Positions 23,158-36,400 of a stretch of 64,000 nt of DNA are shown piece by piece. Position 1 is the stretch's first letter. The number at the start of each line of letters is the position of its first letter. Source of the stretch: Felis catus (Eukaryota); NCBI RefSeq assembly GCF_018350175.1, contig NC_058369.1, forward strand, positions 4,900,001 to 4,964,000. The letters are read 5' to 3'. A model generated the notes under the pieces. That model did no database searches. It was not told the DNA's origin and worked only from the letters and a program-made list of their open reading frames with translations. A program made the translations under genes and the position numbers.

Positions 23158-24782
23158 AGGGAACTTTCTTTTAAGATATCTATGACATACAGAAATGGGA
23201 TAAAGTATTCATTTGTAAACAAACTGGGGCATTTAACTTTTCTATTTACTGATACCCTCTGAAATTAAAAACTCTCAGTGAGTATTCTTTCTTTCATGGC
23301 AATTTCAGTTATTTGCATAAGTTCAATAAGAATCTGCTCTCTTTGTGACAGGACACCATTGGAAATACTGGTCATTTTACCAAGGCTTTGACTAGAATGT
23401 CATATTTGAGACTGACATACATAGACTCTGATATGACTGTATACAGCTTTAAGGAACTAAATTGACCTTATGAAACATGGAGTCATAAAGCCCCCTAGAA
23501 ATATTGGCCCGATACCTTGCTTGCTAAGTTCCCAGCAGCCTTACCAGGCAAGTAAAGACTGTCACTTCTTGGCAGGTACAGGAACCTCAGGATATCTTGG
23601 GGACCTTGTGAATAGGAATTCACCCAATTCTATGGGCATTGCAGGTATGTCTGATGGCAAGTATTTCGCTTGACTTCTGCCCTGGAGAAGCTACTAAAAG
23701 TTCAATCTAGAGATTCCTCATAAAAAGTTCCAGCAAAGCAAATTTAAAAGATATATATAACCAATTGCTGTTCTTGCTGAACTTATGTAAATAGTCCAAG
23801 TTTATTAAAATTAGACTTGTTTTACAAGGGAGCTAGTCTTCATTTGGCTATCTCTGAAAATAAGGGTTTTTAGAGAGAAAAACTATGTTTCAATAATGCA
23901 CCTTTATGGATGTTAAATTCTAGTTCTGATTGTTGTTAAATGTTGTTTGGCTGAAGTAGACAGCTTGAGGTAAACGTCAGAAAAATTGTCACAATAGCAC
24001 AGGTATGAACAATCTTTTTGCTTCTTATTCTCTTGGGAATAATAATAAGACCCCATGGCATATGATTATTTAAACAGTTGGAAAATGGGATGGATTCCCC
24101 CAACAATGGTATATAAAAAAGCCTTTTCTCACTCTAGACCTATCAATAGATAAAGACTATAGTACTTTATTAAATTATTCCCTTGAGTCCAGGTTAATTC
24201 ATAAATCTCTAAATATGCAAACCATATCCTTCCTAAACCTGATCTGACAGTTACTAGAAACCCACCCCATATAAATCCAGGTGACCTGGTTTATTTAAAG
24301 GATGAAAAGTCCAAAACAACAGGGATTTAACTCTAAAATGGAAGGGGTCCATATCGGGTCATATGACATACTACCCTGCAGTAAAATTAGAGGGGCACTC
24401 TTCATGGGCTCATATCTAGAATCAATCCTTTTCATTGTTCACAGGAAACCAATGAGCAAACTAATGTACCTTCTTATTCCTATAAACCTGTAGAAGACCT
24501 CAAACTTCTCTTCAAATGAAAATAATAGTTGTGTGTTTCTTTTTCATTCTCCTTTTTCCAATTTATACTAACAATTTCTTCTTATAATGGGGCATTCAAA
24601 AAGATAACCACAGACATTTGAATTATAAACCAGAAAAATCCGTGTGTTTCCTGCCTGTTCCTACTCTATCGGAGGATGGCTCAAGACTGACATCTAATAA
24701 TCTTCTCAACGGTAGACATTGGGTTTATAATTTGCTGTAACCATTAACCTATATTTTTCTTGTTTCTATAAGAGTACCTCTT

Positions 24783-25205
24783 GGGGCACTGGAGTAGCTC
24801 AGCCAGTTAAGTGTTTGACTTTGGTTCAGGTCATGATCTCGTGTTTGATGGGTTCCATCCCTGCGTTGGGCTCTGTGCTGACAGCTCAGAGCCTGGAGCC
24901 TGCTTTGGATTCAGTGTGTGTCTCTCTTTTTGCCCCTCCCCCACTCACACTCTGTCTCTGTCTCTCTCTCAAAAAATAAACATTAAAAACCTTTTTAAGG
25001 GTCACCTGGGTGGCTCAGTCGGTTAAGCGTCCGACTTTAGCTCAGGAAGTGATCTCACTGTTTGTGAGTTCGAGCCCCATTTCAGGCTCTGTGCTGACAG
25101 CTCTGAGCCTGGAGCCTGCTTCAGATTCTGTGTGTCTCTCTCTCTGCCCCTCCCCTGCTCGCACTCTGTCTCTCTCAAAAATAAATAAATATAAATTTTT
25201 TTTTT
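24783..25205 (+). mobile_element. Two tandem CanSINEs
   Basis: tRNA-derived heads, ctgtgctgacagctcagagcctggagcc body, CT/A tails. Confidence 0.85.
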
Positions 25206-25805
25206 AAGTTTTAAAAAGTACCTCTTATTAATTATCTGATTGTTTACTAAATAAAAGAGTCTATATGAGGGCTAAACACCACGTGTTACCCAGTTACGGC
25301 CTTAAATGACTCTCATAAAAATAAAATCCGGAGTATACATTCCAGATTACCCCCAAAACATTTCTGGGTTTCTAACTGACATGAATACTCTAATTGGTGC
25401 CTTAAATAATCTCTGTCTTTCCTTAATGGTTGGTTGAATATCTAGACTGGAGGATTTTTGTCAGTTACCAAAGACATTCATTTGGACTTTGCTTTCTTAT
25501 TATTCTAATTACGTTTTGCCGTTTTCTCCCCTGTCTCTGCCTGGTGCCAAGACTCCATTACTACAATAACTTCATGCCAACAGATGATCCTTTCTACTCA
25601 AGAAGGTTCATATACGTTGTCCACCTTAGATTCAGCTGCCTCCACCTTAACTCTCTTATATGTTCCCTAACTAACCAATATTGACCTATAGGTAGGGAAG
25701 TCTCTACACCCTACTCAGCAGGAAGAAGCTATAGAAGATGAGACCATCCACTTTCAACAACCTTAAAGGTTTAAGGGTCAAAATTGTTCGGCGGGGCGGG
25801 GGGGA

Positions 25806-26022
25806 GGGGCGCCTGGGTGGCTCAGTCCGTTGGGCGTCTGACTTCTGCTCAGGTCATGATCTTGTGGTTCATGACTTCGAGCCCCGCGTCAGGTTCTGTG
25901 CTGACAGCTCAGAGCCTGGAGCCTGCTTCGGATTCTGTGTCTCCCTCTCTCTCTGCCCCTTCCCTGCTCACACTTTGTCTCTTTCTCTCTCTCAAAAATA
26001 AAAATAAAAACATTAAAAAAAT
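25806..26022 (+). mobile_element. CanSINE
   Basis: ggggcgcctgggtggctcagtc...aaaataaaaa. Confidence 0.88.
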
Positions 26023-29000
26023 TGTCCAAGGGGCATAGGATGAGGAAGCATAAAGCAAGCTCAGGGCAAAGGACAAGCTAACTCCACTCCCTCCCCCCAG
26101 GTGGGATATGTGTGATATTCCTCTGACACTCCTGGCTGCCCAAGAACAAAGGAAAGGAAAAAATCAAATGGTTGATTGGTAGACCTCATAGTCATGCAGG
26201 ACAGGAGTCCCCTTCAGTTTATGGATGACTTAGTAAACTGCAAGGAAAAGGCAATCTTATCCATAGCCTCATCTCCAGAAGATTATAGACTCCGTTTTCC
26301 TAGAGCTCTAATATCACCCTCTTCAAGATGTAAAGGCATTTAGGTGTTTGTCATGGTGATGTGAGAAACAAAGGGAAATGAAAAATGAAATTTCCTTATT
26401 GCTTACATTGACAAGTCCTTGAAACAGGCAGAGTGACCTCCCTCTAGGAGCTCAGCTGTCTCCATTAGGACACTTTGCTAGGGGCAAAAGAGAATCTTGG
26501 CTTAACCTTATCTTGACCCCCCCACCTGCACCCCAGGATCCTGTGAGTCTCCTTAAACACCTAAACATTCCTTTGCAAACCTTCTTTATCTTTAACTCTG
26601 AAGTATATGCTGGAAATTATACTCCAAACATATGGCCCCTGACATACATCTGAAGGGTCTCATGACTGAGGTTTGACGAAACGGTAATAAATGACGTTTC
26701 CTAACAGCAGCTAGCACTTCAAGGTCCTGGAAACCTTGCATCCAAAGTTCCTTAGAGACTTACACTGTCCCTAACCCCTTTCCAACCTGAAGGTATATAA
26801 TCAGTCACTCTTCACAACCTCAGTGCAGCCCTTTCTGTCCATGGTTTCTGACTCCATGCTTTAATATAATCATCTCTTTTGTACCAAAGACGTCTTCAAG
26901 AATACTTTCTTGGCCATCAGTTCCAAACCCCCACCACCAATCCACAACATCATCAAACTCAGTGGTAAAGTGCAACTCTGAAGCCAGACTCCTGGCATTT
27001 TGAGTCCTGAGTCTCCCATCAGCTGTGTAACATTGGGCAAGTTGCTTAGCCTCTCTGTGTCTCACAGTCTTCTTAATAGGAGTCAGGGTCAATGGAAGCC
27101 TTCGAAGAGGGTGTGGCATTCAGCGTTAGCCACAGTTAGACACTTCAGTGCCCACTACTTGTGGGCCTACCAACCAGCAAGTTTTCCTCACCTCCAGCCT
27201 CTGTACACGCTGTCCCTCCCCTGGGTCTGCCGTTCTTCCCCTGCTTCTCTGATCACCTTCCCCCAGCTTCCCAGGCTGGGTCAGGGCCCTGTGATGGAAG
27301 TGTCTTGTGACTCATCCTTGTCCCTGCCTGCCCTCCACACCCAACTGATCCCCTTGAGGGTTGAGCCTGGGTAGTTCTTGGTCACTGCTCTGTCCTCAGC
27401 ACCGGGTTCAGGGCCTGACATGTAGCAGTTGCTCGAATGACATTTACTGAATGTGGGGGGCAATGGATACTGAAACTTCCCCCACACCCCATGAATACAG
27501 GTTTCTCAACTGTAAGCACAACCTCTGTGTTAGATCTCAACACCCAGAAAGGCAAGAAACCAGGCTAGCAAAACAGATCGGTCATTATTGTGCAGCTGCA
27601 AGTGGCAAATGGCTCCAGGGCAGGGACAGGATTGCCCAATACTTGGGGGGAAGGGGGGGGCTCAAAGGCTCAGGGAGCTGGGTGTGGCACGCACCCCAGG
27701 CACCCTCCTCCTCCCCCTACTGGCACTTTGGGAGCCTGCCAGAGTGAAGAATGTGTGTGTGGAGTGGGTGGGAGCAGGCGGGAATGGAGGACATCCCAGA
27801 TGCTGGGATGATCACAATAGTTCCCACCCACTGGCTGTTTTGTTGATTTTGGACAGCCCTTTTGGGAACCCAGAATTGGTCATTCTAGAGGCAGATAACA
27901 AGGAGCTGACTCAGGAGTTGAGGGGGACTAGGCTCCGGCCCCCCTGGTGCCTATCAAATACATCCCTAGAACTGCCTGACCCCACCCCAGAGCCCTGGTC
28001 CTGCCCACCCTACCTCCAGACCTCCTGCACTTAACACTAACAAAATATTTGCCATTTATCTGCAATTCAAATTGAACTGGGTGTCCGGTGTTTTGTCTGG
28101 TCACCCTGGCTGGAGGGAAAGATGAGAAGGGGAAGCAAGTGGGGATGATTTCTGGGTGGGGGGAGCCGAGGCACCCCCTCTCCCACCACACACCCTCTTG
28201 AGTGTGAGAAGTAAGGGAGATGATTCATTTTCAAAAGTACCAAATAAAAGCTGTGCTGTGTAGTTAACAATAGCTTTACAACATATTGGAAATATGTTCG
28301 AACCCCCCTCCCCCCACCACACACACACACAATGGAGTCCCAAACCCTTAGACGCTTCACTTCCTGGTTCTTCTCTCCCTCTCCATTTTGTGGGCTTATT
28401 TTGGTGGGCGTTGCAATGAGCATGCACCAAAGAACTGATGTTTCTGTGGCACCTCAAAGAATGTTTATTTGTTCCAGTCAGACTACTTTTTGCCCTACAT
28501 GGGCATAGGTGACATCTGGATAAGACTGTAATATCTGTAGTACTTAGCCAATGAGGAACCGGGGAGGGACTTGCACGCTAGGAGATAAATTGCCTGCTGT
28601 AACTGCCCCAAGTGTGCCTGTCTATCAGACACTTGCTCTTGCAAGAACGTTGATTAAAACCTCGCTTCACTGTGCTCCAAGTCTCTGCATCCCTCCTTTG
28701 ATTGGATCAGTGAACTTATTGCTCACATTTGGGGGCTCGTCCGGGATTGATCTTGACCTGTGGGGTCCAGGTCCTATGAGATGGGAGACACATCCTACTC
28801 CAGTTTGTGTGGCCTTTCCATAGGAGGGCCCCTGCGGGATCTGTGGAGTTCCAGACTTTTTCCTTTGGAGACAGAAGAAGTGACGCTGGGGAAAGAGTAA
28901 AAGAGAGGCACCATGGAGACCTGATAACTTTGTGCAAGGACCAAGGTAGGAAAATTGGACTCTAAGTACTGCCTTGGGGATTGGGAAATCCTCAGAACCT

Positions 29001-30729
29001 GAGTATGTGTGACTAAGACGTATCCTAGACATGAAGCGAATGGGGAGACTTGATCTGTTGTCCTGTTCTCCTGCAAGGAAATAGCTGGAGACAGATGAAG
29101 TGGGTTCTGGAGAGTGCAAGAAACCTCCATTAAGGGAGGTTGAGCGCCCCAGGGAAACTCAGGAGCAGAAAGTAGCCTGGTCAAGGATGGGAAACAAAAA
29201 TTCCAGCCCTAGGGGTAAGGGAAGAGACACCTAGAAAGAGGTGGGGTCTCTGCAGATTCCCCCAGATAGTCCGTTGGGGCAAATGTTAGGGTACTGGGAG
29301 GATGCTCCTTGTACAAGGAATAAGGACAAACATAAAATTATCAAATTCTGTTGTTTTGTTTGTACTAAAGACTCAATTAGAAGGCCATCTGTTTTCTGTC
29401 TAAGAGGAAGACTGGGTCTATCAGGCCCTAATTTTTTATGTGGATGACAAAAGTTCTAGTGCACTGGAGGAAAGGGATTATACTCTTTAAGACTGAGGAA
29501 ACATGAGATCTTCTTCAGTCGCCAAGGACTCCCCCTTGGGATGCCTTTTAACCACTGGAATCAAGTCAGATTGCAAGATCTAAAAACAAAACAAAACCTG
29601 ATCTGTTTTGTAATACTGGGCTCAATACTCCTTAGGAGATGAGGAAAATGGCTCATTAATGGGACACTAAAGTTTAATACAGAACTCTTCTGTAAGAAAC
29701 AGGGCAAATGGACTGAGGTACCCTGTGTCCGGGCTTTTCCAGGCTTTCATGGGCCTAAACCAGGCTCCAGAACTGAAGGTCCCTTGCAGAATGTGTTTGC
29801 CCAACTGAATTTTGGCTAGTAACCTCCCTCTTGATATATTGGATATGTAAACAGGCCTCTTCAAGATAAACCCAGGTTTCTGGAAAAGCTGTATGTGGGG
29901 GCTTCTCTGTCATTCATTTCCTGGATTAATAACTATGATAATTGGCGCCAATTGTCTGTGGTTAGTCTACCTCAGGAGAGAGACTTTAAGGAATATTCCC
30001 AAGCAGCTGCCGAAATGTCTTTCTTTTGTTTCAGGGAAATTCCCTGTGTTCTCTGGCCTGACACAGACTTCGTATTTCCACTTTGGTGGTGGTGGGAGGG
30101 AACAAAGATCAAAACCATGGCGTCTGCTCCTCTCTCTGAGCTGACAAGGTTTAGAACCATGAATCTTCTTTCTCTGCCTTCTGTGAGCACCTTACCTCTT
30201 CTGCCTTCTCCTCTCCCTCCTGTTTCTGCACCACGTAGGGTGTGGCCTGCATGACTGATTCCATACCCTCCTCAGTGCCTCCAGCACCATTGGCTCCTCC
30301 CCACCACCTTTGATGTCAAGAAGCAAAGAGCACCCACTTGGACGCCCACTTCAGATTCCCCCACTGGTGTCCCAGGTGAAAACTGACAATGGGGAACAAG
30401 TGATTCACTTTTAAGTGGACACAGGCGGAACACATTCAATGTTTAAACTGATTTAAGTTTGTTGTTTTAATTAAGATAGGTATGTATTTAGACTTATCAG
30501 CATTAAATATGAAAATTATTCTCCTGGCCAGGGTGTTCAGCCAGTTGAACAAAATTTTCCCAATGTAGACCCTGATTAGGACAGTAATGATCCTGGTAAC
30601 AGGGTTAAGATGCAGGATTTAAGAGAGCTAATGATCAAAGCAATCAGAGAATCAGCTCCAAGATATCAGAATGCCAGGAAGGCTTTTGGGATGCAAGAAG
30701 AGAAGGAGGAAAACCCCAAGTGCTTTCTT

Positions 30730-32121
30730 TTTTTTTTTTATATATATATGAAATTTATTGACAAATTGGTTTCCATACAACACCCAGTGCTCATCCCAAA
30801 AGGTGCCCTCCTCAATACCCATCACCCACCCTCTCCTCCCTCCCACCCCCCATCAACCCTCAGTTTGTTCTCAGTTTTTAACAGTCTCTTATGCTTTGGC
30901 TCTCTCCCACTCTAACCTCTTTTTTTTTTCCTTCCCCTCCCCCATGGGTTCCTGTTAAGTTTCTCAGGATCCAGATAAGAGTGAAACCATATGGTATCTG
31001 TCTTTCTCTGTATGGCTTATTTCGCTTAGCATCACACTCTCCAGTTCCATCCACGTTGCTACAAAAGGCCATATTTCATTTTTTCTCATTGCCACGTAAT
31101 ATTCCATTGTGTATATAAACCACAATTTCTTTATCCATTCATCAGTTGATGGACATTTAGGCTCTTTCCATAATTTGGCTATTGTTGAGAGTGCTGCTAT
31201 GGACATTGGGGTACAAGTGGCCCTATGCATCAGTACTCCTGTATCCCTTGGATAAATTCCTAGCAGTGCTATTGCTGGGTCATAGGGTAGGTCTATTTTT
31301 AATTTTCTGAGGAACCTCCACACTGCTTTCCAGAGCGGCTGCACCAATTTGCATTCCCACCAACAGTGCAAGAGGGTTCCCGTTTCTCCACATCCTCGCC
31401 AGCATCTGTAGTCTCCTGATTTGTTCATTTTGGCCACTCTGACTGGCGTGAGGTGATACCTGAGTGTGGTTTTGATTTGTATTTCCCTGATAAGGAGCGA
31501 CGCTGAACATCTCATGTGCCTGTTGGCCATCCGGATGTCTTCTTTAGAGAAGTGTCTATTCATGTTTTCTGCCCATTTCTTCACTGGGTTATTTGTTTTT
31601 CGGGTGTGGAGTTTGGTGAGCTCTTTATAGATTTTGGATACTAGCCCTTTGTCCAATATGTCATTTCCGAATATCTTTTCCCATTCCGTTGGTTGCCTTT
31701 TAGTTTTGTTGGTTGTTTCCTTTGCTGTGCAGAAGCTTTTTATCTTCATAAGGTCCCAGTAATTCACTTTTGCTTTTAATTCCCTTGCCTTTGGGGATGT
31801 GTCGAGTAAGAGATTGCTACGGCTGAGGTCAGAGAGGTCTTTTCCTGCTTTCTCCTCTAAGGTTTTGATGGTTTCCTATCTCACATTTAGGTCCTTTATC
31901 CATTTTGAGTTTATTTTTGTGAAAGGTGTGAGAAAGTGGTCTAGTTTCAACCTTCTGCATGTTGCTGTCCAGTTCTCCCAGCACCATTTGTTAAAGAGGC
32001 TGTCTTTTTTCCATTGGATGTTCTTTCCTGCTTTGTCAAAGATGAGTTGGCCATACGTTTGTGGGTCTAGTTCTGGGGTTTCTATTCTATTCCATTGGTC
32101 TATGTGTCTGTTTTTGTGCCA
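30730..32121 (-). mobile_element. Young 5'-truncated L1 (L1_Fc-like) inserted in provirus 2 gag
   Basis: 267-aa open ORF2 C-terminus (30964-31767), poly-T, perfect 14-bp TSD ccaagtgctttctt at 30716 and 32122. Confidence 0.92.
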
Positions 32122-32759
32122 CCAAGTGCTTTCTTAAGAGACTTAGGGATCAAATGAGGAAATATTCAGGCCTAGATCCAGAAGACCCAACGTGACAGGG
32201 TCTCCTGAAGGTTAATTTTTCACTAGCAGTTGGCCTGGTATTGCCAGAAAGTTACAGAAGGTGGATGGAGGGAATGAGAAGTAGATAGAAGAACTGCACA
32301 GGGAGGCACAAAAGATATTTATCTGTAAAGAGGAATGAAGAGAGACGAAAACAGAAAGCAAAGATTATGGTAACTACTGTGGAGAAGATGTTTGAAAGGA
32401 AAGGGGGAAACAGAGGACCCTTGGGATGGAAATGATGAAGAATCAAAGGCAAGAAGAATATAGCTTAAACAAATCTCCTTACAGCTTTCAGCCCACTGAC
32501 AGACACCTGAAACATGCAGGACAAGACCTTCCTCCAACTCATGGCTGCCTTAATGCCTTAATGTTTTTATTACCTAGGTTTACTGAAGGTCAAATAAGCT
32601 TGTGTTATCTCTGTTGCAATTGGTTAGCAAAAATAACACTTAAAATGATGGCTAATTCTGTCTCAAAAGTTTCGTGGGTAATTGTTAAGATAGCTTTCAA
32701 AGTCTTTGATAGCCTGAAACCTTAAAGTTTTGCTTGCACAATAAATGGGATTAAATTCA

Positions 32760-32970
32760 GGGGCGCCTGGGTGGCTCAGCCGGTTAAGCGGCCGACTTCG
32801 GCTCAGGTCATGATCTCGCGGTCCGTGAGTTCGAGCCCCGAGTCGGGCTCTGTGCTGACAGCTCAGAGCCTGGAGCCTGTTTCAGATTCTGTGTCTCCCT
32901 CTCTCTGACCCTCCCCCATTCTGTCTCTGTCTCAAAAATAAATAAACGTTAAAAAAATTAAAAAAAATAA
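32760..32970 (+). mobile_element. CanSINE (young)
   Basis: CpG-rich consensus-like copy. Confidence 0.9.
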
Positions 32971-33306
32971 AATTCATTGGATATCTAATGAGATAAAATG
33001 CTAAAGCATTGATTACTAAACATAGGTTTGCTTTTAATTTCTTATTGTAGAGAAACGAAGGCTATTTGGGTTTGTTGGTAACATGCTTTGTACTTAATAA
33101 ACTCATAAATTTGCCATCTAAAGAATTCTAATGTAACAGTTCACAACTGGTAACTACTTAGTTTTCACTGAAGACAAAGGTTTCTAAGAGATAAAATTCT
33201 TCTAAGAGTTAAAATTCTGCTGAATGTCATTAAGATTGATGGAAATAAGGAAAGCAACTCTGTATGTAAAAGTAGATGTGTAAAAAGTATTTAAAAAAAT
33301 GGAAAT

Positions 33307-33510
33307 GGGAGTGCCTGGGTGGCTCAGTTGGTTGAGAGTTTGACTCTTGATTTGGGCTCAGGTAACGATCTCACGGTTCATGAGTTCGAGCCCCGCATTG
33401 GGCAATGCGCTGACATTGTGGAGCCTTCTTGAGATTCTCTCTCCCCACCCCCCTGCCTCCTCCCTCCTTTGTGTGTTCTCACTCTCTGAAAATAAATAAT
33501 AAACTTTTAT
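33307..33510 (+). mobile_element. CanSINE (older)
   Basis: SINE head and tail. Confidence 0.8.
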
Positions 33511-33966
33511 AAATACATAAAAATTCAAATTAAAAAATTCAAATACATTTTTTTTGGAGGTAAAAGAAAATAATTTGTCCTAAATGAGACTGGTAGTTTG
33601 GAGAGGAATGGCTTGGGACAAAGTCTAAATGCAAAGGAATGTTTTAGAACGTTTGTGAAGGGAAATCTTTGGAAAGGAATTTTATGTGTGGTCAGGACGG
33701 ACTAAGGCTAAAATGAATGGATTTTAAAAGTACACTGGTGAGTCATTTTGCTACACTTAGCCCAGTGGATGCTGACTTGTACGAATCTAGTGACCTTAAC
33801 ATGGACACCCCACATGGCTGGAACATATTTGTGTTTGCATTGCTGGAAAAAAAAAAAAGGCAGGGGAATAGACCTCAGCTTTGACCCTTTTACCCCCTTA
33901 AAGGCTGATTTTATCCTTGGTGGGGGTGGGAAATGGTTTTCACTGGCCTTTTAAGGTTTATTTGTA

Positions 33967-34140
33967 GGGGCACCTGGGTGGCTCATTTCGTTCAGCCTCC
34001 GGCTCTTGGTTTTGGTTCAGGTCATGATCTCATGGTCTGTGAGCTCGAGCCCCACATTGGGCTTGGGATTCTCTCTCCCCCTCCTTTCTGCCCCTTCCCT
34101 TCTTTCTTTCCTTTTCTCCCTCTCTCAAAATAAATAAACT
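33967..34140 (+). mobile_element. CanSINE (older)
   Basis: SINE head and tail. Confidence 0.75.
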
Positions 34141-34549
34141 TTTAAAAAATGATAAAATATATTTGTAAAGAGGAACAGTTTTATTATATTCAATACATAA
34201 ATTACTGTTGGGCCAACATAAAATTAATGCATCCCTTGACAAAAAAAAAAAAAAAAAAAAGCAGTCTTGGTTGGTGACAGTCAATAACTCCAAAGTCCAG
34301 CAGGCAGGAAACGGAGGGGTAGGAGAAACCGGGGAAGAGGGCTCAGCTCTCAGCCTGGGTGAGAGCAACTACACCCAGCACCTCGCAAGACTGACAGGGC
34401 TTTTGGTTGCTGGTCTCATAGCCAGCCAAAACACGGGGCCAAGAGATGTGGCTTCTGCTGGCCAACAATCAGCGTCCAGAGATAAGGTTTCTCCTGGCCA
34501 GCTATAGGAAATTGAGAAGAAGGATGCCTTTCCCTCCTTTTTCCTATAG

Positions 34550-36400
34550 ATGGGCAATTCCCCACGCAAGGCTAGTATTCCTTTGGGATGCATTCTGAAA
34601 AACTGGGATGATTCTGATCCACAAACCATAAAGAAAAAGCGACTCATTTTCTTTTGCACCAAGGCCTGGCCCCAATAGGAATTGGAGGAAGAAACCTGAC
34701 CGCCAGAGGGAAATACCAATTATAATGCTATTCTACAGTTTGGCTTGTTTTGTAAACGTGAAGAGAAACGGGGAGAAATCCCTTGTATTCACTGTTTTGG
34801 GGACTTAAGAGAAAATCGAGATATGTGTAAGGTTGATCCTGGCCTATTGGCAACCCTTTCCAAGTGTTCACAATGATGAAGGGAGGGAACTAAGAGCCCC
34901 TTGCTGTACCCAAAGCAGACCTAGAGAAGGAGGAAGGGGTCTTTAACCTCAACAGCCTCCTCCTTGGGTCCTGGATCTAAATATCCAGACTTAAAAACGT
35001 GCAGTTCTGCTCCCCACTGCCCACCTTATCCAGACCCTCCCCGTAATGCAGCAGGCGTGTTTCCCCTACAAGAAGCTAGAGTGCTGGAAAGAGAAACACA
35101 GGGAGGAACCACCATGATAAGACTTCAAGTACCCTTTTCATTGCAAGATTTAAGACAGGTAAAAGAATTAGGTAAATTTAAGGCAGGTAAAAGCATAGGT
35201 AAATTATCTGGATCATCAGAAAATTTAGAGGCTTTTCAGAATTTTAGGTATGTTTTTGATACAATGCTTTTGTTGAATCAGACTCTAATGAGACAGAAAC
35301 CTGGTGTTCTGGCAGTGGCTGAAAGATAGGGGAATGAACAACTCCTTAATTGTCATGGGACTGGAGGTCCTATAAGGATCTCCCAGTTCCCTTCTGGGAT
35401 TTGGGCAGTCCCGCCCCAAGATCCTAGTTGGGACTATGATAATCCCATTGGGGAATGGTGTCGCTGCCACTTTCAAGCTTGTGTTTTGGAGAAATGAAGG
35501 AGGTATAAGGTTAAGCCCTTAAATTATGCTAAATTAGTCACTATTTGACAGACACAGGATGAGAGCCTGGTGGCCTTCCTGGAAAGGTTAAGGTTAAATA
35601 CACGGCTATCTCCCCGGATACTCCCTGAACCTAAGGCGATTCTAAAGGACAAGCTTGTCACTCAGTTGGCCCCAGATATTCAAAGGAAGCTGCAAAGATT
35701 GGCTGTCAGCCTGGAGGGACCCTGGAGAAGCTCTTATGAGCTGCCAGTTGGGTATATTATGACTGAGATCAAGAGGAAAGTAGGGAACAGGAAAGGAGTC
35801 TTTAAAAAAAAAAATCTAAGGCCTTAGTCACAGCCTTACAATGTCATAACAGACTTCTGCAGGTCATGGCGCCAAGTGCCATTTATGCGGCTGTTCAGGG
35901 CACAGAAGATGAGAATGTCCTCAGAGGGGACAACAGAAGTCAAAACCCCATAAATCATGCCCCTTATGTGGAGACAGTCACTGGAAAGTCTGAATGCTCT
36001 TGGGGACCTCAAAGACTAGTGTCCCTGAAAGGAATGGATGGGACCTGTGGCTCTTCATGTTGTCTCCCCTGAACCAACTGAAAATTGGAAACCCAGAGCC
36101 TCAGGTAACTGGAAACAGAAGGAAAATGAGTTGAGTTCCTTCTTGACGCTGGAGCCACCTTTTCTGCCCTCTTCCCACTCCCGGACAACCATCCAAATGC
36201 AGCGTGACAATTACAGGCGTCTCCAGAAAACTTAGGATGAAATTTTTATCTGAGCCAATGGGGTGCAATAGGGAAAATTTTTTTTCACGTTCTTTTCTGA
36301 TGATGCCAGAGAGCCCCACTCCCTTGCGAGAAGGAGACATTATGACTGAATTAGCTATTATAGTGCTACGAGCTCCAGGACAGATTAACAATGACCTAAA
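34550..36400 (+). pseudogene. Decayed ERV gag-pro (HERV-W/ERV9-like class I)
   Basis: MGNSPRKASIPLGCILKNWD..PQTIKKKRLIFFCTKAWPQ*, FLERL..APDIQRKLQ, protease motif FLLDAGATFS and PESPTPL; stops and frameshifts. Confidence 0.75.

Larger units (their letters stand above)
18178..26955 (+). mobile_element. Degenerate non-autonomous ERV provirus 1 (LTRs ~18178-19079 and ~26038-26955)
   Basis: Two diverged ~0.9 kb direct repeats; PBS tggtgcccattgtggggc at 19082 resembles tRNA-Lys1,2 TGGCGCCCAACGTGGGGC; AT-rich non-coding interior. Confidence 0.85.

Noticed and set aside
30964..31767. 267-aa ORF as a host gene
   Set aside because: It is the L1 ORF2 C-terminus in a 5'-truncated insertion with a TSD.
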